Origin: Victivallales bacterium
Lineage (GTDB): Bacteria; Verrucomicrobiota; Lentisphaeria; Victivallales; UBA1829
Direction: 5' to 3'
NCBI GenBank assembly: GCA_016285345.1
Contig: JAEEQN010000011.1
Coordinates: forward strand, 7,448-71,447
Length of the DNA stretch: 64,000 nucleotides
Part shown: positions 45,379 to 54,931 of the stretch, in pieces
Layout: each line of letters starts with the position of its first letter
Position numbering within the stretch: the stretch's first letter is position 1
The notes under the pieces: model-generated
What the model saw: only the letters and a program-made list of their open reading frames with translations
What the model was told of the DNA's origin: nothing
The model's database searches: none
Position numbers and translations under genes: made by a program

Positions 45379-48300
45379 ATGAATCCGCGCCACCTGAAAG
45401 CATCGTTCCTCTCCGCATTCGCAATTCTCGCGGCACTGCTTGCTTCTTCCTGCGCATCCAGCGAACGCATGAACCGCATCGGCTGGGATTCCGATTCCTA
45501 CTCCGCGCCGAAGGCCGGCCGCATCTCCGGCGGCAGGTTCGACGAGGCCGTCGTCAATCTCCGCGCCCCCGTCGGGCTGAAGGACCGCCAGGTCAACGTC
45601 TGGCCGTTCTGCACCGTGAACAGCCGTTACGTCAGCGTGCTGTGGCCGTTCATCGACTGGGACGATTTCGGCATGGCGATCCGCCCGTTCTTCAACCAGG
45701 AGGGCAACGAATACTCCATCCTCTTCCCGCTCTGCGCGTGGAATCCCGTCAACGGCGACGGCTGGGCGCTGAACACCTACTGGGACGAGGATTGCTACGG
45801 TTCGTTCCCGCTGTTCCATATCGGGAAGGAAGAAGACGATTTCTGGTACGTCGGGCCGGTCTTCAGCGGCGGAAAAGACAGTCTCGGATTCTTCCCTCTC
45901 TGCTACTTCGGGGAACGATATGATTTCATCGGACCGGTCTGGTGGGAATTTGACCCGCCCAAGGATTGCTCCAGGGACTTCGGCGTTTTCCCGCTCTTCT
46001 GGAAATTTCCGCGCGGCTCCGCATTTCTCCCGTTCTACATTGATGACGGATACTCATTCCTCTCGCCTCTGCTCTGGATGTTCAAGTCCACGGATGAAAA
46101 CGGCGAAAAGATATGGAGCGAAGGCCGTTACCTTCTGCTCGGTTCCTGGGATGACAACTGGAGGAAGCATGATTTCTTCCCGCTCTACAGGATCAACGGA
46201 GACGATGAAGGATTCAACCATATCCTGCTCTGGTGGTGGGACCACAACACCGAGGACCGCGGGCTTTTCCCGTTCGCGTGGTTCGACAAGGACGGCGGGC
46301 TCATCCTCCCCTTCGCAAAATGGAAGAACCGTTCCGCCACGGGCATGAACGGCGAGGAAGAGACCTGGACGGAAGGCAACGTCCTGCTGCTCGGCTACTG
46401 GGGCCGCCACGCATGGGGTCTTTTCCCGTTCTTCCGCGGCTCGTCGTCCGAAAGCGACATGAAGTACGTCGGCCCGCTCTGGTGGGCGTACGACGAGGAC
46501 GAGCGCGAATACGGCTTCTTCCCGTTCTTCCGCGTCGAGCGCAGCCAGGGCGAGGCGAACAGGAGCTACCTCTTCCCCGTCTACAGCTGGGAGAAGGACC
46601 GCTACGGCTCCGAATTCACGTCCATCCCGTACTTCCGCGAGGATTACGATTACCCCGAATACCGCGCGACCACCTCCGTCCACGGCCGCCGCTACCTCAT
46701 CTACGCCGACCACGAGAAGAAGGGCAACCGCTTCAAGGCGGCGCACGACCGCGACGACTACATCCCGCGCTGGGGGTATTCGCCCTCCTACCTGGACGAT
46801 GTGAAGGCGCGCATGAAGGAAGACGACCTCACGAGCGAGGAGGCGCAGGCAAAAGTGAACGACGAGATCGCCTCGAAGTGGGAGGTCGGCACGACCGCCC
46901 TGCATCCGTTCTTCGAGTGGACCCGCTCGAACGAGGGCGAACGCGACCTGCGCCTGCTCTTCTATCTCTTCGGATTCGACCGCGACAGGGATTCCAGCTC
47001 GAACTGGCTGCTCTGGCACATCCTGTTCACGTCCGGCTCCGACCGGAGCAAAGACAGCTACGGATTCGAACGGACGTCCAGCTACACCAACATCCTCGGC
47101 GTCTTCCCGTACTGGTTCCGCGACACCGAGGTCCCGGATTCGTCAAAGCCTGACATCACGCCGCGGAGCTTCATCGAAGACTCCATCGAACTGCTCCTGA
47201 GGCGCGCCCTCATGGAGGACGGCTCCGAGGAGAGCGAACAGTGGAGCAAGGACGTCTATACGGATTACGTCGGGAAGAAGTACATCGCGAACCGGATCGA
47301 GGTCCCGCAGCCGGTCGCAGACGGGCCGTTCTCGCCCGCGCCGGGCAGGGAGTCAAAACCCGTGACCATCGTCAAGACGGGCGGGCTCAGGCAAATCGTC
47401 GCAGGCGTCCCGAACGAGGAAGTCTTCCGTCTCTGCGGCATGGACCGCGCGCTCTCCGGCGAAATGACCGCGAAGGAAGCGGAGGACACGGCGAAGCGCC
47501 TCATGGACGTCGAGCTGAAACTGCACGCTTCCGGCGGCACGCAGGTCCAGACCCGCTACGGCTTCTTCCCGCTCTTCGGCGTCGACCGGACCGTGCGCGA
47601 GAAGGACGGCGAAACGACGCCCGTCTCCACCGAAGTCATCACCCCGCTCACCTATACCAGCGTCGAGGAGGACGAATCCGTCACGCGGATCCTGCTCGGC
47701 ATCCTCGGCTACAGCTCGAGCGAAGAGTCTTTCCGCCTCGCCAACGGCCACGCCTACACGGAGGACGTCCTCTCCACGCTCGGCATCATCCGCACCGAAA
47801 GCAAATCCCGTCCGCGCACGAAAGGCAACGTCGAACTGCTCGACAGTTTCGCGGAACTCCTCCGCAATCCGCCCGCGGACGGCGAACCCGGCCTCGCGGA
47901 TTTCTGGAACCTTCAGGTCACGGCGACCTGCAACAACGCGCTGACGAGGTATGCGCGGTTCCGGGACATCGTTTCCGCCGTCACCGCCTACCGCGACGGC
48001 GCGCGCACGGCCGCCGACACGCAGGCAATGATCGACAGCATCGTCCGCTGGGAGAACGAGTATTTCTGGGAAGGCGACGAACGCTCCACGTCCAGCGGGT
48101 TCTACCCGTTCTTCTTCTGGAGCAAAGACTGCCTCGACCGCGACGGCGATCTTTCCCGCATCGCCAGGTCGTGGTTCATCCTCCCGCTCCTCTCCGGCGG
48201 CAGTTCCAATCCCGAAGGCTCCTCCCTCGGCATCCTCGCCCCCCTGCTCTACTACGGCGCGACCCAGCAGCACAACGAGGCGATCCCCGAACCGCACCGC

Positions 48301-49056
48301 ATCCTTTCCCCGCACGCCAATCCGCTTCAGGCGTCCCACAGCGGCAGTCCGGTCCGCGGCAGCACCGATTACTACGCGATGTTCCTGGTCAACACCACCG
48401 ACGAGACGTTCCTCCAGTGGAAACCGGGCACGCCGGACGCGGTCGCCGCCCTCTACTACGCCCTGTTCCAGCTGTACAACGTCCGCTACGTTTCGGGGAT
48501 CTCCGCCGCCGAGCTCGAACAAATGACCGTCGCCGACGTGCTGGCGCTCCCCGACGACAGGAACGATCCCGAGCTGACGCGGTACAAACACACGCTGATG
48601 GAAGCGCTCGACCGCATGCCGGATGCCGGCATGAAGCGGTTCGACGGGAGCGCGCGCCTGCTGGAAGTAGTCGGGAGCGCGCTCCGCGAGATCGCCGCCG
48701 AACACGTCTGGACGCGCACGATCTCCGGCATCAGCACGGGCGGCGGCATCCTCTCCGCATCCTTCTCCTGCGAGGAGACAGGCGACTATCAGACCAAGGT
48801 CCTCTTCGGCCTCGGCGCGAACAGCCAGAAGCTCGGCGAGAAGGAACACCGGAGCATCCTCGGCTACCTCTACAATATGGACACAGACGGCATCAACACC
48901 CGAAAGTTCATCTTCCCCTTCATCACCACGAAGGACGCCCCCGGTTTCCACGAGTGGTCCTTCCTCGGCGGCCTCTTCGAGCGCTCCGAGGAGGACGGCA
49001 AGACCGGCGGCCGCATCTTCTTCTTCCCCTACGGCAACCGCCCGGAGAAGGATTGA
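45379..49056 (+). CDS. Very large lipoprotein with more than 20 aromatic FP(L/F)F / PLWW-type repeats (hypothetical)
   Basis: Lipobox AALLASSC. Recurring motifs include LFPLCAW, SFPLFHI, FFPLCYF, GPVWWEF, VFPLFWKF, FFPLYRI, LFPFAWF, LFPFFRG, GPLWWAY, FFPFFRV, LFPVYSW, FFPLFGV, FYPFFFW and IFPFITT. Confidence 0.7.
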   Translation: MNPRHLKASFLSAFAILAALLASSCASSERMNRIGWDSDSYSAPKAGRISGGRFDEAVVNLRAPVGLKDRQVNVWPFCTVNSRYVSVLWPFIDWDDFGMAIRPFFNQEGNEYSILFPLCAWNPVNGDGWALNTYWDEDCYGSFPLFHIGKEEDDFWYVGPVFSGGKDSLGFFPLCYFGERYDFIGPVWWEFDPPKDCSRDFGVFPLFWKFPRGSAFLPFYIDDGYSFLSPLLWMFKSTDENGEKIWSEGRYLLLGSWDDNWRKHDFFPLYRINGDDEGFNHILLWWWDHNTEDRGLFPFAWFDKDGGLILPFAKWKNRSATGMNGEEETWTEGNVLLLGYWGRHAWGLFPFFRGSSSESDMKYVGPLWWAYDEDEREYGFFPFFRVERSQGEANRSYLFPVYSWEKDRYGSEFTSIPYFREDYDYPEYRATTSVHGRRYLIYADHEKKGNRFKAAHDRDDYIPRWGYSPSYLDDVKARMKEDDLTSEEAQAKVNDEIASKWEVGTTALHPFFEWTRSNEGERDLRLLFYLFGFDRDRDSSSNWLLWHILFTSGSDRSKDSYGFERTSSYTNILGVFPYWFRDTEVPDSSKPDITPRSFIEDSIELLLRRALMEDGSEESEQWSKDVYTDYVGKKYIANRIEVPQPVADGPFSPAPGRESKPVTIVKTGGLRQIVAGVPNEEVFRLCGMDRALSGEMTAKEAEDTAKRLMDVELKLHASGGTQVQTRYGFFPLFGVDRTVREKDGETTPVSTEVITPLTYTSVEEDESVTRILLGILGYSSSEESFRLANGHAYTEDVLSTLGIIRTESKSRPRTKGNVELLDSFAELLRNPPADGEPGLADFWNLQVTATCNNALTRYARFRDIVSAVTAYRDGARTAADTQAMIDSIVRWENEYFWEGDERSTSSGFYPFFFWSKDCLDRDGDLSRIARSWFILPLLSGGSSNPEGSSLGILAPLLYYGATQQHNEAIPEPHRILSPHANPLQASHSGSPVRGSTDYYAMFLVNTTDETFLQWKPGTPDAVAALYYALFQLYNVRYVSGISAAELEQMTVADVLALPDDRNDPELTRYKHTLMEALDRMPDAGMKRFDGSARLLEVVGSALREIAAEHVWTRTISGISTGGGILSASFSCEETGDYQTKVLFGLGANSQKLGEKEHRSILGYLYNMDTDGINTRKFIFPFITTKDAPGFHEWSFLGGLFERSEEDGKTGGRIFFFPYGNRPEKD

Positions 49057-49126
49057 CGCCGCCTTTCATCCGCGCGCGTTTCCCGCGTCCGTACCGGGTT
49101 TTTTCGGAAAATCCGGCGGGCGCGGG

Positions 49127-49154
49127 TTGAAAAAAACGGTGCGCGCGCTATATT
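49127..49154 (+). promoter_or_regulatory. Sigma70-like promoter (TTGAAA-16-TATATT)
   Basis: Hexamers at 49127-49132 and 49149-49154, upstream of the 49235 start. Confidence 0.5.
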
Positions 49155-49234
49155 GATAGTATGAGCGCGGTTTCCCGCCGACACGGGACAACGTGCAAGA
49201 AAAGAGATGGCAAAAAGAAAGGATAAAAGTTAAG

Positions 49235-49504
49235 ATGATCACCCCTGCAATCCATGTTCCGGTCGCGCCGGTCCCCCCGGTCGTCGACGACGAACAGCGT
49301 TTTCTGATATGCCCCGTCTGCGGCGAAATGCTCGCCCAGCCGGACGTCGAGTCGTTCTCCCGCTGCCCCTACTGCGACTACAAGTTCGCGAAGGACGATG
49401 CGATGGAGGATTTCCTGCTCGCCCCCACGGTGAAGGCGTGGATCCAGAGCCAGGACATGATCCCGCTGCCGTTCCGCCCGGACGACATGATCGAACTCGA
49501 ATAA
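49235..49504 (+). CDS. Small zinc-ribbon protein (hypothetical)
   Basis: ICPVCGEMLAQPDVESFSRCPYCDYKF (CxxC-x14-CxxC), 89 aa. Confidence 0.5.
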   Translation: MITPAIHVPVAPVPPVVDDEQRFLICPVCGEMLAQPDVESFSRCPYCDYKFAKDDAMEDFLLAPTVKAWIQSQDMIPLPFRPDDMIELE

Positions 49505-49514
49505 GCCCGACCGC

Positions 49515-50330
49515 ATGCGCCCCGACGTCAGACTGATCGCCGTCGACCTGGACGGCACGCTCCTCAACGACCGCAAGGAGATCCCGCCCGATTTCGTCCC
49601 CATGGTGGAGGCGCTGTACCCGCGCGGCGTGCGGTTCGTCCTCGCCAGCGGACGCCAGTATTTCAACCTTGCCGCCATGTTCGAACGCATCGCGGACAAA
49701 CTGTTCTTCTTCTCCGAGAACGGCGGACTCGTGTTCGACGGCGCGGAAAACATCTTCTGCCGTCCCCTGCCCGACGACGTCCTGCCCGAGCTCTGGCGCA
49801 CCGGCTCCGCGATTCCCGCGACCACGGTCCTGTGCGGCGTGAAGTCGGCGTACATCAGCAGCGCGTGCGATCCCGTCGGACGCGAAAACACCGCGATCTA
49901 CTACAGAAAACGCACGTTCGCGGACGATCCGCTCGCCGCCGTCAGGGCCGCGGGCGACTCCGTGGTGAAGGTGGCGGTGTTCGACCCCGTGAGCGCCGCC
50001 GACCGCTGCGAACCGCATTTCGCGCCGTTCCGCGACCGCCTGAAAGTCACGCTGGCGGGCCAGAGCTGGATCGACATCATGCGCGCCGACGTGAACAAGG
50101 GCATCGCGATCGAATTCCTCCAGAAACGCCTCGGACTCGCGCCCGGCCAGTGCATGGCGTTCGGCGACTATCCGAACGACCTCGAAATGATCCGGCAGGT
50201 CGGGTTGAGCTACGCCATGGCGAACGGGCATCCCGATCTGCTCGCCGCCGCACGGTTCCGCGCGCCGTCCAACGAGGACGACGGCGTGATGCGCGTGCTC
50301 CGCGAGACGTTCCCCGACGCCCTTTCCTGA
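49515..50330 (+). CDS. Cof-type HAD-IIB family phosphatase
   Basis: LIAVDLDGTLLN (DxDGT), ASGRQ, and AFGDYPNDLEMIRQVGLSYAMANG. Confidence 0.85.
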   Translation: MRPDVRLIAVDLDGTLLNDRKEIPPDFVPMVEALYPRGVRFVLASGRQYFNLAAMFERIADKLFFFSENGGLVFDGAENIFCRPLPDDVLPELWRTGSAIPATTVLCGVKSAYISSACDPVGRENTAIYYRKRTFADDPLAAVRAAGDSVVKVAVFDPVSAADRCEPHFAPFRDRLKVTLAGQSWIDIMRADVNKGIAIEFLQKRLGLAPGQCMAFGDYPNDLEMIRQVGLSYAMANGHPDLLAAARFRAPSNEDDGVMRVLRETFPDALS

Positions 50331-50496
50331 CAAACAACACTTCCGTTTGATTGACTTGGGGCATATAAAATACTGCACATCGATAACTTTTCTTTATCAA
50401 ACTATGCCGAATGATTATTTATGTTTCTGTCTTGAGCGGATTATATTATAGTCCGTCTTTTCAATTTACAATTCCAGCACGTCTCCATAACGCCCC

Positions 50497-51762
50497 ATGA
50501 AAAAGATACCCCTACCGACCCTGCTCCTGTTCTTCTTCGCCGCCGTGGTCTACGCCATCGGAGCCGCCACGCGCGCCGGCGTGCCGGGCATGGTGTACGA
50601 TCAGATCCGCGAATTGCTCGGGTTCACCGCCGCACAGACGTCCGCCATTTCGAGCTGGGGCGTCGCCGGGTGCATGGCGTTTCTGGGCATCTCCGGCATC
50701 CTGACCGACCGCTTCGGCTGGCGGCCCGTGATCCTCGCCGGGATCGCGCTGCAGGTCTTCGGCGAATGGCTCCTGTACACGTTCACCGCGCCCGCCTGGG
50801 TGTACGCCGGGGCGTTCCTGAACGGCGGCGGCCGCACCATCGGCTACCTCACGCTCCTGAAATTCCTCGACTCCGAGTTCGACCGCAAATATTTCTCCGC
50901 CCTCATCGGCGTCTTCTACGTCTTCAGCTACGGCGGCACGCTCCTCGGTTCCTCCCCGTTCGCATCCCTCGCCGCGGACCATCCCTGGCAGCTGGTCCTG
51001 CGCTGGTGCAACCACCTCACGACCGCGTGCGGCGTCGCCGTCGCGGTCTGCCTGCTCTGTTCCGCCCGGACGGCTAGCCGCGCCCCCGGCGCACCGGCGA
51101 ATAAACGCGAGCCGTTCCCCTGGGGACAGCTGCTCGTCCAGCTGAAGAAACCGCAGTGCGTCGGCGTGTTCTTCTGCGCCGCGTCCGGGATCGTGCTCTA
51201 CTGGTCCTGCCTGAGCGGAATCGGCAAGAAATACCTCTCCGACCTCTGCGGCGCCGAAGCCGGTGCGCTCGGCACCATGAACACCGTCGTCATGGTCGAA
51301 ATGATCTTCGCCGGGTCCGTGAGCCTGTTCCTCGGCAACCGCAGAAAGCTGTTCCAGGCCGCCGGCTGCATCCTGCTCGCCGCGGGTTCCGCCGTGCTGT
51401 TCGCCGGGACGTTCCTGCCCGCGAAATCCGCCCTCGCCGCCGCCTGGACCGGATTCCTCCTGCTCGGCACCGGCTACGGCTTCACCGGCATCCAGATCAC
51501 CGCCTGCCGCGAATTCGTCCCGCCCGTCTTCGCCGCCAGCGCCATCGCGTTCGTCAATTTCTGCGCGAACGTCTTCCTCATCGCCATCGCACAGCTCGCG
51601 GGCCGGCTCTTCGACCGGTTCGCCGTGGACGGCACCCTTCAGGCGGCTCCGGCGGGATTCCGGATCCTGCTGGGCGTCTATCTGCTGATCGCGGTCCCGG
51701 CGGCGATCGCCGCGTGCTTCCTGCGCGATTCCAAAGGCCGGAACATCAGCGCGGAACTTTGA
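50497..51762 (+). CDS. MFS transporter
   Basis: 421 aa, about 12 TM helices, and an MFS loop motif GILTDRFGWRPV. Confidence 0.75.
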   Translation: MKKIPLPTLLLFFFAAVVYAIGAATRAGVPGMVYDQIRELLGFTAAQTSAISSWGVAGCMAFLGISGILTDRFGWRPVILAGIALQVFGEWLLYTFTAPAWVYAGAFLNGGGRTIGYLTLLKFLDSEFDRKYFSALIGVFYVFSYGGTLLGSSPFASLAADHPWQLVLRWCNHLTTACGVAVAVCLLCSARTASRAPGAPANKREPFPWGQLLVQLKKPQCVGVFFCAASGIVLYWSCLSGIGKKYLSDLCGAEAGALGTMNTVVMVEMIFAGSVSLFLGNRRKLFQAAGCILLAAGSAVLFAGTFLPAKSALAAAWTGFLLLGTGYGFTGIQITACREFVPPVFAASAIAFVNFCANVFLIAIAQLAGRLFDRFAVDGTLQAAPAGFRILLGVYLLIAVPAAIAACFLRDSKGRNISAEL

Positions 51763-51888
51763 ACACACAATCTTTTCCCTTCCGCGTTCCTGACTGAGAG
51801 TTATTTCATTTTTCTTTTGCTGTTTACTTGACATTTCAGATACAGTGCATTATATTGTATTCAAAACATATAACATCTGGAGGAAGAT

Positions 51889-52164
51889 ATGAGTACATCC
51901 AATCTTTGTGTTCGGGTCGACTCCGAATTAAAAAGTGCGGTCGAAAGCTGTCTGGCAGATATGGGAATGAATCTTTCCACCGCCATCACGATTTACCTCA
52001 AACGGATTGCCAGAGATCATGAGATTCCCTTCAAGGTCACGGCTGCTCCGCGCGTCAATCAGGAAACAATAGATGCCATCGCGGAGGGACATCGCCTTGC
52101 AAATGATCCCCAAGCGCCCGTTTATCATGACATAAAAAGCCTGTTCGAGGCTCTTGATTCATGA
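51889..52164 (+). CDS. dinJ: Type II antitoxin, RelB/DinJ family
   Basis: LCVRVDSELKSAVESCLADMGMNLSTAITIYLKRIARDHEIPFKV. 4-nt overlap with the downstream toxin gene. Confidence 0.8.
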   Translation: MSTSNLCVRVDSELKSAVESCLADMGMNLSTAITIYLKRIARDHEIPFKVTAAPRVNQETIDAIAEGHRLANDPQAPVYHDIKSLFEALDS

Positions 52165-52436
52165 AATACGGAATTACATTTACCGCCCGGTTCAGGCGGG
52201 ACTACAAGCGGATTAAAAAACGCAAATTCAATATCGCCGAGCTTCAGGCCGTGGTCACGATGCTTGCCGAGGGCAAAACACTTCCGGAAAAATACCGTGA
52301 TCATGTGCTGATCGGAGCTTATCGCAATGCCAGGGAATGCCATATCAGACCGGACTGGTTGCTGATTTACTCCATTTCGGACGAGAAGCTCATTCTTGAG
52401 TTGATGCGTACCGGATCGCACAGCGATTTGTTCTGA
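52161..52436 (+). CDS. yafQ: Type II toxin, YafQ (RelE/ParE superfamily) mRNA interferase
   Basis: FRRDYKRIKKRKFNIAELQAVVTMLAEGKTLPEKYRDHVLIGAYRNARECHIRPDWLLIYSISDEKLILELMRTGSHSDLF resembles YafQ (..YKDHPL.G.....R..HV.PDWILIY.....L.F.RTGTH..LF). Confidence 0.85.
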   Translation: MKYGITFTARFRRDYKRIKKRKFNIAELQAVVTMLAEGKTLPEKYRDHVLIGAYRNARECHIRPDWLLIYSISDEKLILELMRTGSHSDLF

Positions 52437-52462
52437 TTTCTTTCTCTTTTGAGGTCGGATTG

Positions 52463-53077
52463 ATGCAAACGAAGTCCAAAAGCAAAAAGAATGCACTGCT
52501 GATCGTCGCATGCGTGGTGCTTGCATGGCTGGGGGCCTTTGTTTACTTTACCTACAAATTGGGTCGAGGTATTCAATTCGACGCCGCTTCGTCCGGCATG
52601 CGCCTTCAGGTCCGCGCCGACATCCTTGACGCGATCGAAAGCAAGTTTACGATTCGGGAGTGCACGGTCGGATTTCACCCGGACGATTCGGTCGAACTCA
52701 GGATCGAGCTCAATCCGGATGCCCAGGCGCAGGCATTCGACATCGCCCGCGAGGTGTACGAGCTGAAACAGAAGTCGTCCATTCTGAGCCAAAAGCCCCT
52801 TGAGCTGAAAATGTGGGTCCATGATCCGGCGGTGGACGGACGGCGCATCGTATCTCTGGACCCGGATTCACGATACGGCGTCAACATCCACGCCTACATG
52901 CCGGGCGCACCGGGACACAAGAAGAAACGCGATCTTGAAGAATATCAGGAGCTGGACAGGAAATGGCGGGAGATCATCTGGCAGAAAGAACTGGAAGAAC
53001 GCCGCGCCGCGGCGAAGAACAAGGAAAACCGTACTGAAGGCGATTCCGATCCCGCTCCCTCGCAGACGCCGCAATAA
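52463..53077 (+). CDS. Hypothetical single-TM protein
   Basis: KKNALLIVACVVLAWLGAFVYFTY anchor, then a ~130-aa domain and a charged tail. AT-rich islet. Confidence 0.5.
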   Translation: MQTKSKSKKNALLIVACVVLAWLGAFVYFTYKLGRGIQFDAASSGMRLQVRADILDAIESKFTIRECTVGFHPDDSVELRIELNPDAQAQAFDIAREVYELKQKSSILSQKPLELKMWVHDPAVDGRRIVSLDPDSRYGVNIHAYMPGAPGHKKKRDLEEYQELDRKWREIIWQKELEERRAAAKNKENRTEGDSDPAPSQTPQ

Positions 53078-53137
53078 TACCGGGCCGCCATCCATAATGC
53101 TATGTTTTACCTCCAAAATGTATAACGGAATTCTTTC

Positions 53138-53590
53138 ATGAGCAAACAAATGGACAGGATCGAAAAACTGGAACGTGATTGTTTTACGTTGCGTGAGGCG
53201 TTAAAGGCGCTGATCCTGAACGACCGCCGCTGCATGCACGAAGTCGGAGCCAAGTGCGTAACCGGAGAATTCGGGGATGGCGAACAGGACGATGTTGAGT
53301 TGGGCATCCGGTTTTACAAAAAAGGCGCGATGCTGGGGGATATCGACTGTCAGTGGGATTATGCCATGATGCTGTACAGCGGAGAACACATGCCGCGGGA
53401 CAAACGCAAAGCGCTTTCCTGGTTCAAAAAGGCAATGGAGAATCCCTCGGCGGCAAGCGAATATGAACTGGACAGAAAAAAAGACGCCCGCGAGATGTAT
53501 GAGATCGTCAAACAGGAACTTGCCGAGGAAGAAAAAGCCAAAAGGAAGAAAAAACAACCTCGGAACCTGAAACCGAAAAAAGCTTCATGA
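53138..53590 (+). CDS. Short Sel1-like repeat protein (hypothetical)
   Basis: GIRFYKKGAMLGDIDCQWDYAMMLYSGEHMPRDKRKALSWFKKAMEN resembles a Sel1/TPR-like repeat. Confidence 0.5.
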   Translation: MSKQMDRIEKLERDCFTLREALKALILNDRRCMHEVGAKCVTGEFGDGEQDDVELGIRFYKKGAMLGDIDCQWDYAMMLYSGEHMPRDKRKALSWFKKAMENPSAASEYELDRKKDAREMYEIVKQELAEEEKAKRKKKQPRNLKPKKAS

Positions 53591-53633
53591 GTTCAAACAG
53601 GACGAATTAAGCCGGTTATCAGCTTAGTTCGAC

Positions 53634-53661
53634 TTGATTTTATACTATTTTGTGCTATGTT
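53634..53661 (+). promoter_or_regulatory. Sigma70-like promoter (TTGATT-16-TATGTT)
   Basis: Hexamers at 53634-53639 and 53656-53661, upstream of the 53712 start. Confidence 0.4.
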
Positions 53662-53711
53662 ATAGGTTATAGTTTGAATATACCCAAACCTCACACAAGG
53701 AAACAATTACC

Positions 53712-54452
53712 ATGAAATTCAAAATCGGCGACCTCATCGCGGTCATCTACTTCGCAGCCTACGTCTGCCTCGTTTTCTTCTTCCCGCTCGCGTACGGCAC
53801 GGAGGTGAAGATCGACCTCAACGCCTTGACCGGATCCGCGAAGCACGGCCTCTACTGGAACGGCTTCACGACCGAGGGCATCAGGAACTTCGGCGAAGTC
53901 GTCGGCCAATATCCCTACATCTCCGGCTTCCTGAAGGTCGGCCTGCTCGCCACGTTCGGCGAAATGATCAAAGTGCGCGGCAAGACCGGCAGCTGGAAGA
54001 CCCCGGGCCTCCTCCTCAAGTTCCTCGTCTGGGGCTTGTACGGCATGCTCTTCACCATCGCGTTCGCGATCTTCGGCAAAGGCATCCACGCCCTCATGGA
54101 CACCCCGGTCTGGCCGCTCACGTTTGACAACGACAACGTCCAGCGCATCTGGCAGGGCTTCTCAACGTCCCTCTGGATCAACCTCATCTTCTGCTTCCCG
54201 ATGATGCTCAGCCATGAATACTGGAACACCTGCATCAACAAGAAGCATTTCCTCGGCGGCGGCGAATTCCTCGAAGGCATCGACAAGCACATCTGGGGCT
54301 CCTACATGCTGAAGACCGTCGTCATCTTCTGGATCCCGGCGCACACGATCACGTTCTCGCTCCCGGCCAACTACCAGGTCCTCATGAGCGCGTTCCTCAG
54401 CCTCGCCCTCGGATTCATCCTCACCATCAAGCCCAAAAAGAAAGCCGAGTGA
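53712..54452 (+). CDS. Integral membrane protein, possibly Mpv17/PMP22-like
   Basis: 246 aa with 5-6 TM helices. The C-terminal block IFWIPAHTITFSLPANYQVLMSAFLSLALGFIL resembles the Mpv17/PMP22 signature. Confidence 0.4.
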   Translation: MKFKIGDLIAVIYFAAYVCLVFFFPLAYGTEVKIDLNALTGSAKHGLYWNGFTTEGIRNFGEVVGQYPYISGFLKVGLLATFGEMIKVRGKTGSWKTPGLLLKFLVWGLYGMLFTIAFAIFGKGIHALMDTPVWPLTFDNDNVQRIWQGFSTSLWINLIFCFPMMLSHEYWNTCINKKHFLGGGEFLEGIDKHIWGSYMLKTVVIFWIPAHTITFSLPANYQVLMSAFLSLALGFILTIKPKKKAE

Positions 54453-54514
54453 CCGCGCTCTTCCGATCCGGCTTTCCGCCACATAACCAACCACAAACAG
54501 AAAGGTATTTCACC

Positions 54515-54730
54515 ATGAAAAAACTGCTCTTCACGCTCACCCTCGCCGCGACCGCGTTCTGCGCCCTGACCTTCACCGCCTGCGAAAAGAAGGAAACCGC
54601 CGGCGAAAAGCTCGACAAGGCGATCGACAGCACCGAATCCGGCGTGCATAAGTTCACCAAGAAGGCCGAAGATGCCGGCAAGGAAACCAGCGACGCCGTC
54701 AACAAGGCGTTCGAGGACCTGCAGAAGTAA
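54515..54730 (+). CDS. Small lipoprotein (hypothetical)
   Basis: MKKLLFTLTLAATAFCALTFTAC lipobox followed by a charged helical 48 aa. Confidence 0.6.
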   Translation: MKKLLFTLTLAATAFCALTFTACEKKETAGEKLDKAIDSTESGVHKFTKKAEDAGKETSDAVNKAFEDLQK

Positions 54731-54766
54731 GAGGCTCCGGCCTCCCTTCCGAATCGTTCGATTCTC

Positions 54767-54805
54767 TCCCCGGTTCCCGCCAAGACGCGGAGCCGGGGAT
54801 TTTTT
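54767..54805 (+). terminator. Rho-independent terminator
   Basis: TCCCCGG..CCGC-caagac-GCGG..CCGGGGA stem followed by TTTTTT (54800-54805). Confidence 0.65.
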
Positions 54806-54853
54806 GCGCCCTCGGACAAGGCGATCAGCCTCTGGCAAAGGCCGCAAAAATAG

Positions 54854-54883
54854 GACCTATAAGTCTTATGTGACCTATAAGTC
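54854..54883. repeat. Direct repeat GACCTATAAGTC x2 (18-bp period)
   Basis: Copies at 54854-54865 and 54872-54883. An AT-rich patch between convergent genes. Confidence 0.8.
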
Positions 54884-54931
54884 CTGTTCTTATTCGTTCT
54901 CGGAAAAGGCTCGGAGTACGGGGAAGCCCCG

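Noticed and set aside
42049-45819. 1256-aa ORF on the minus strand
   Set aside because: It is antisense to the unmistakable uvrB and the upstream nuclease gene. The translation is a low-complexity A/G/R/D/V/E string with no motifs. It is a typical stop-poor shadow frame of high-GC DNA.
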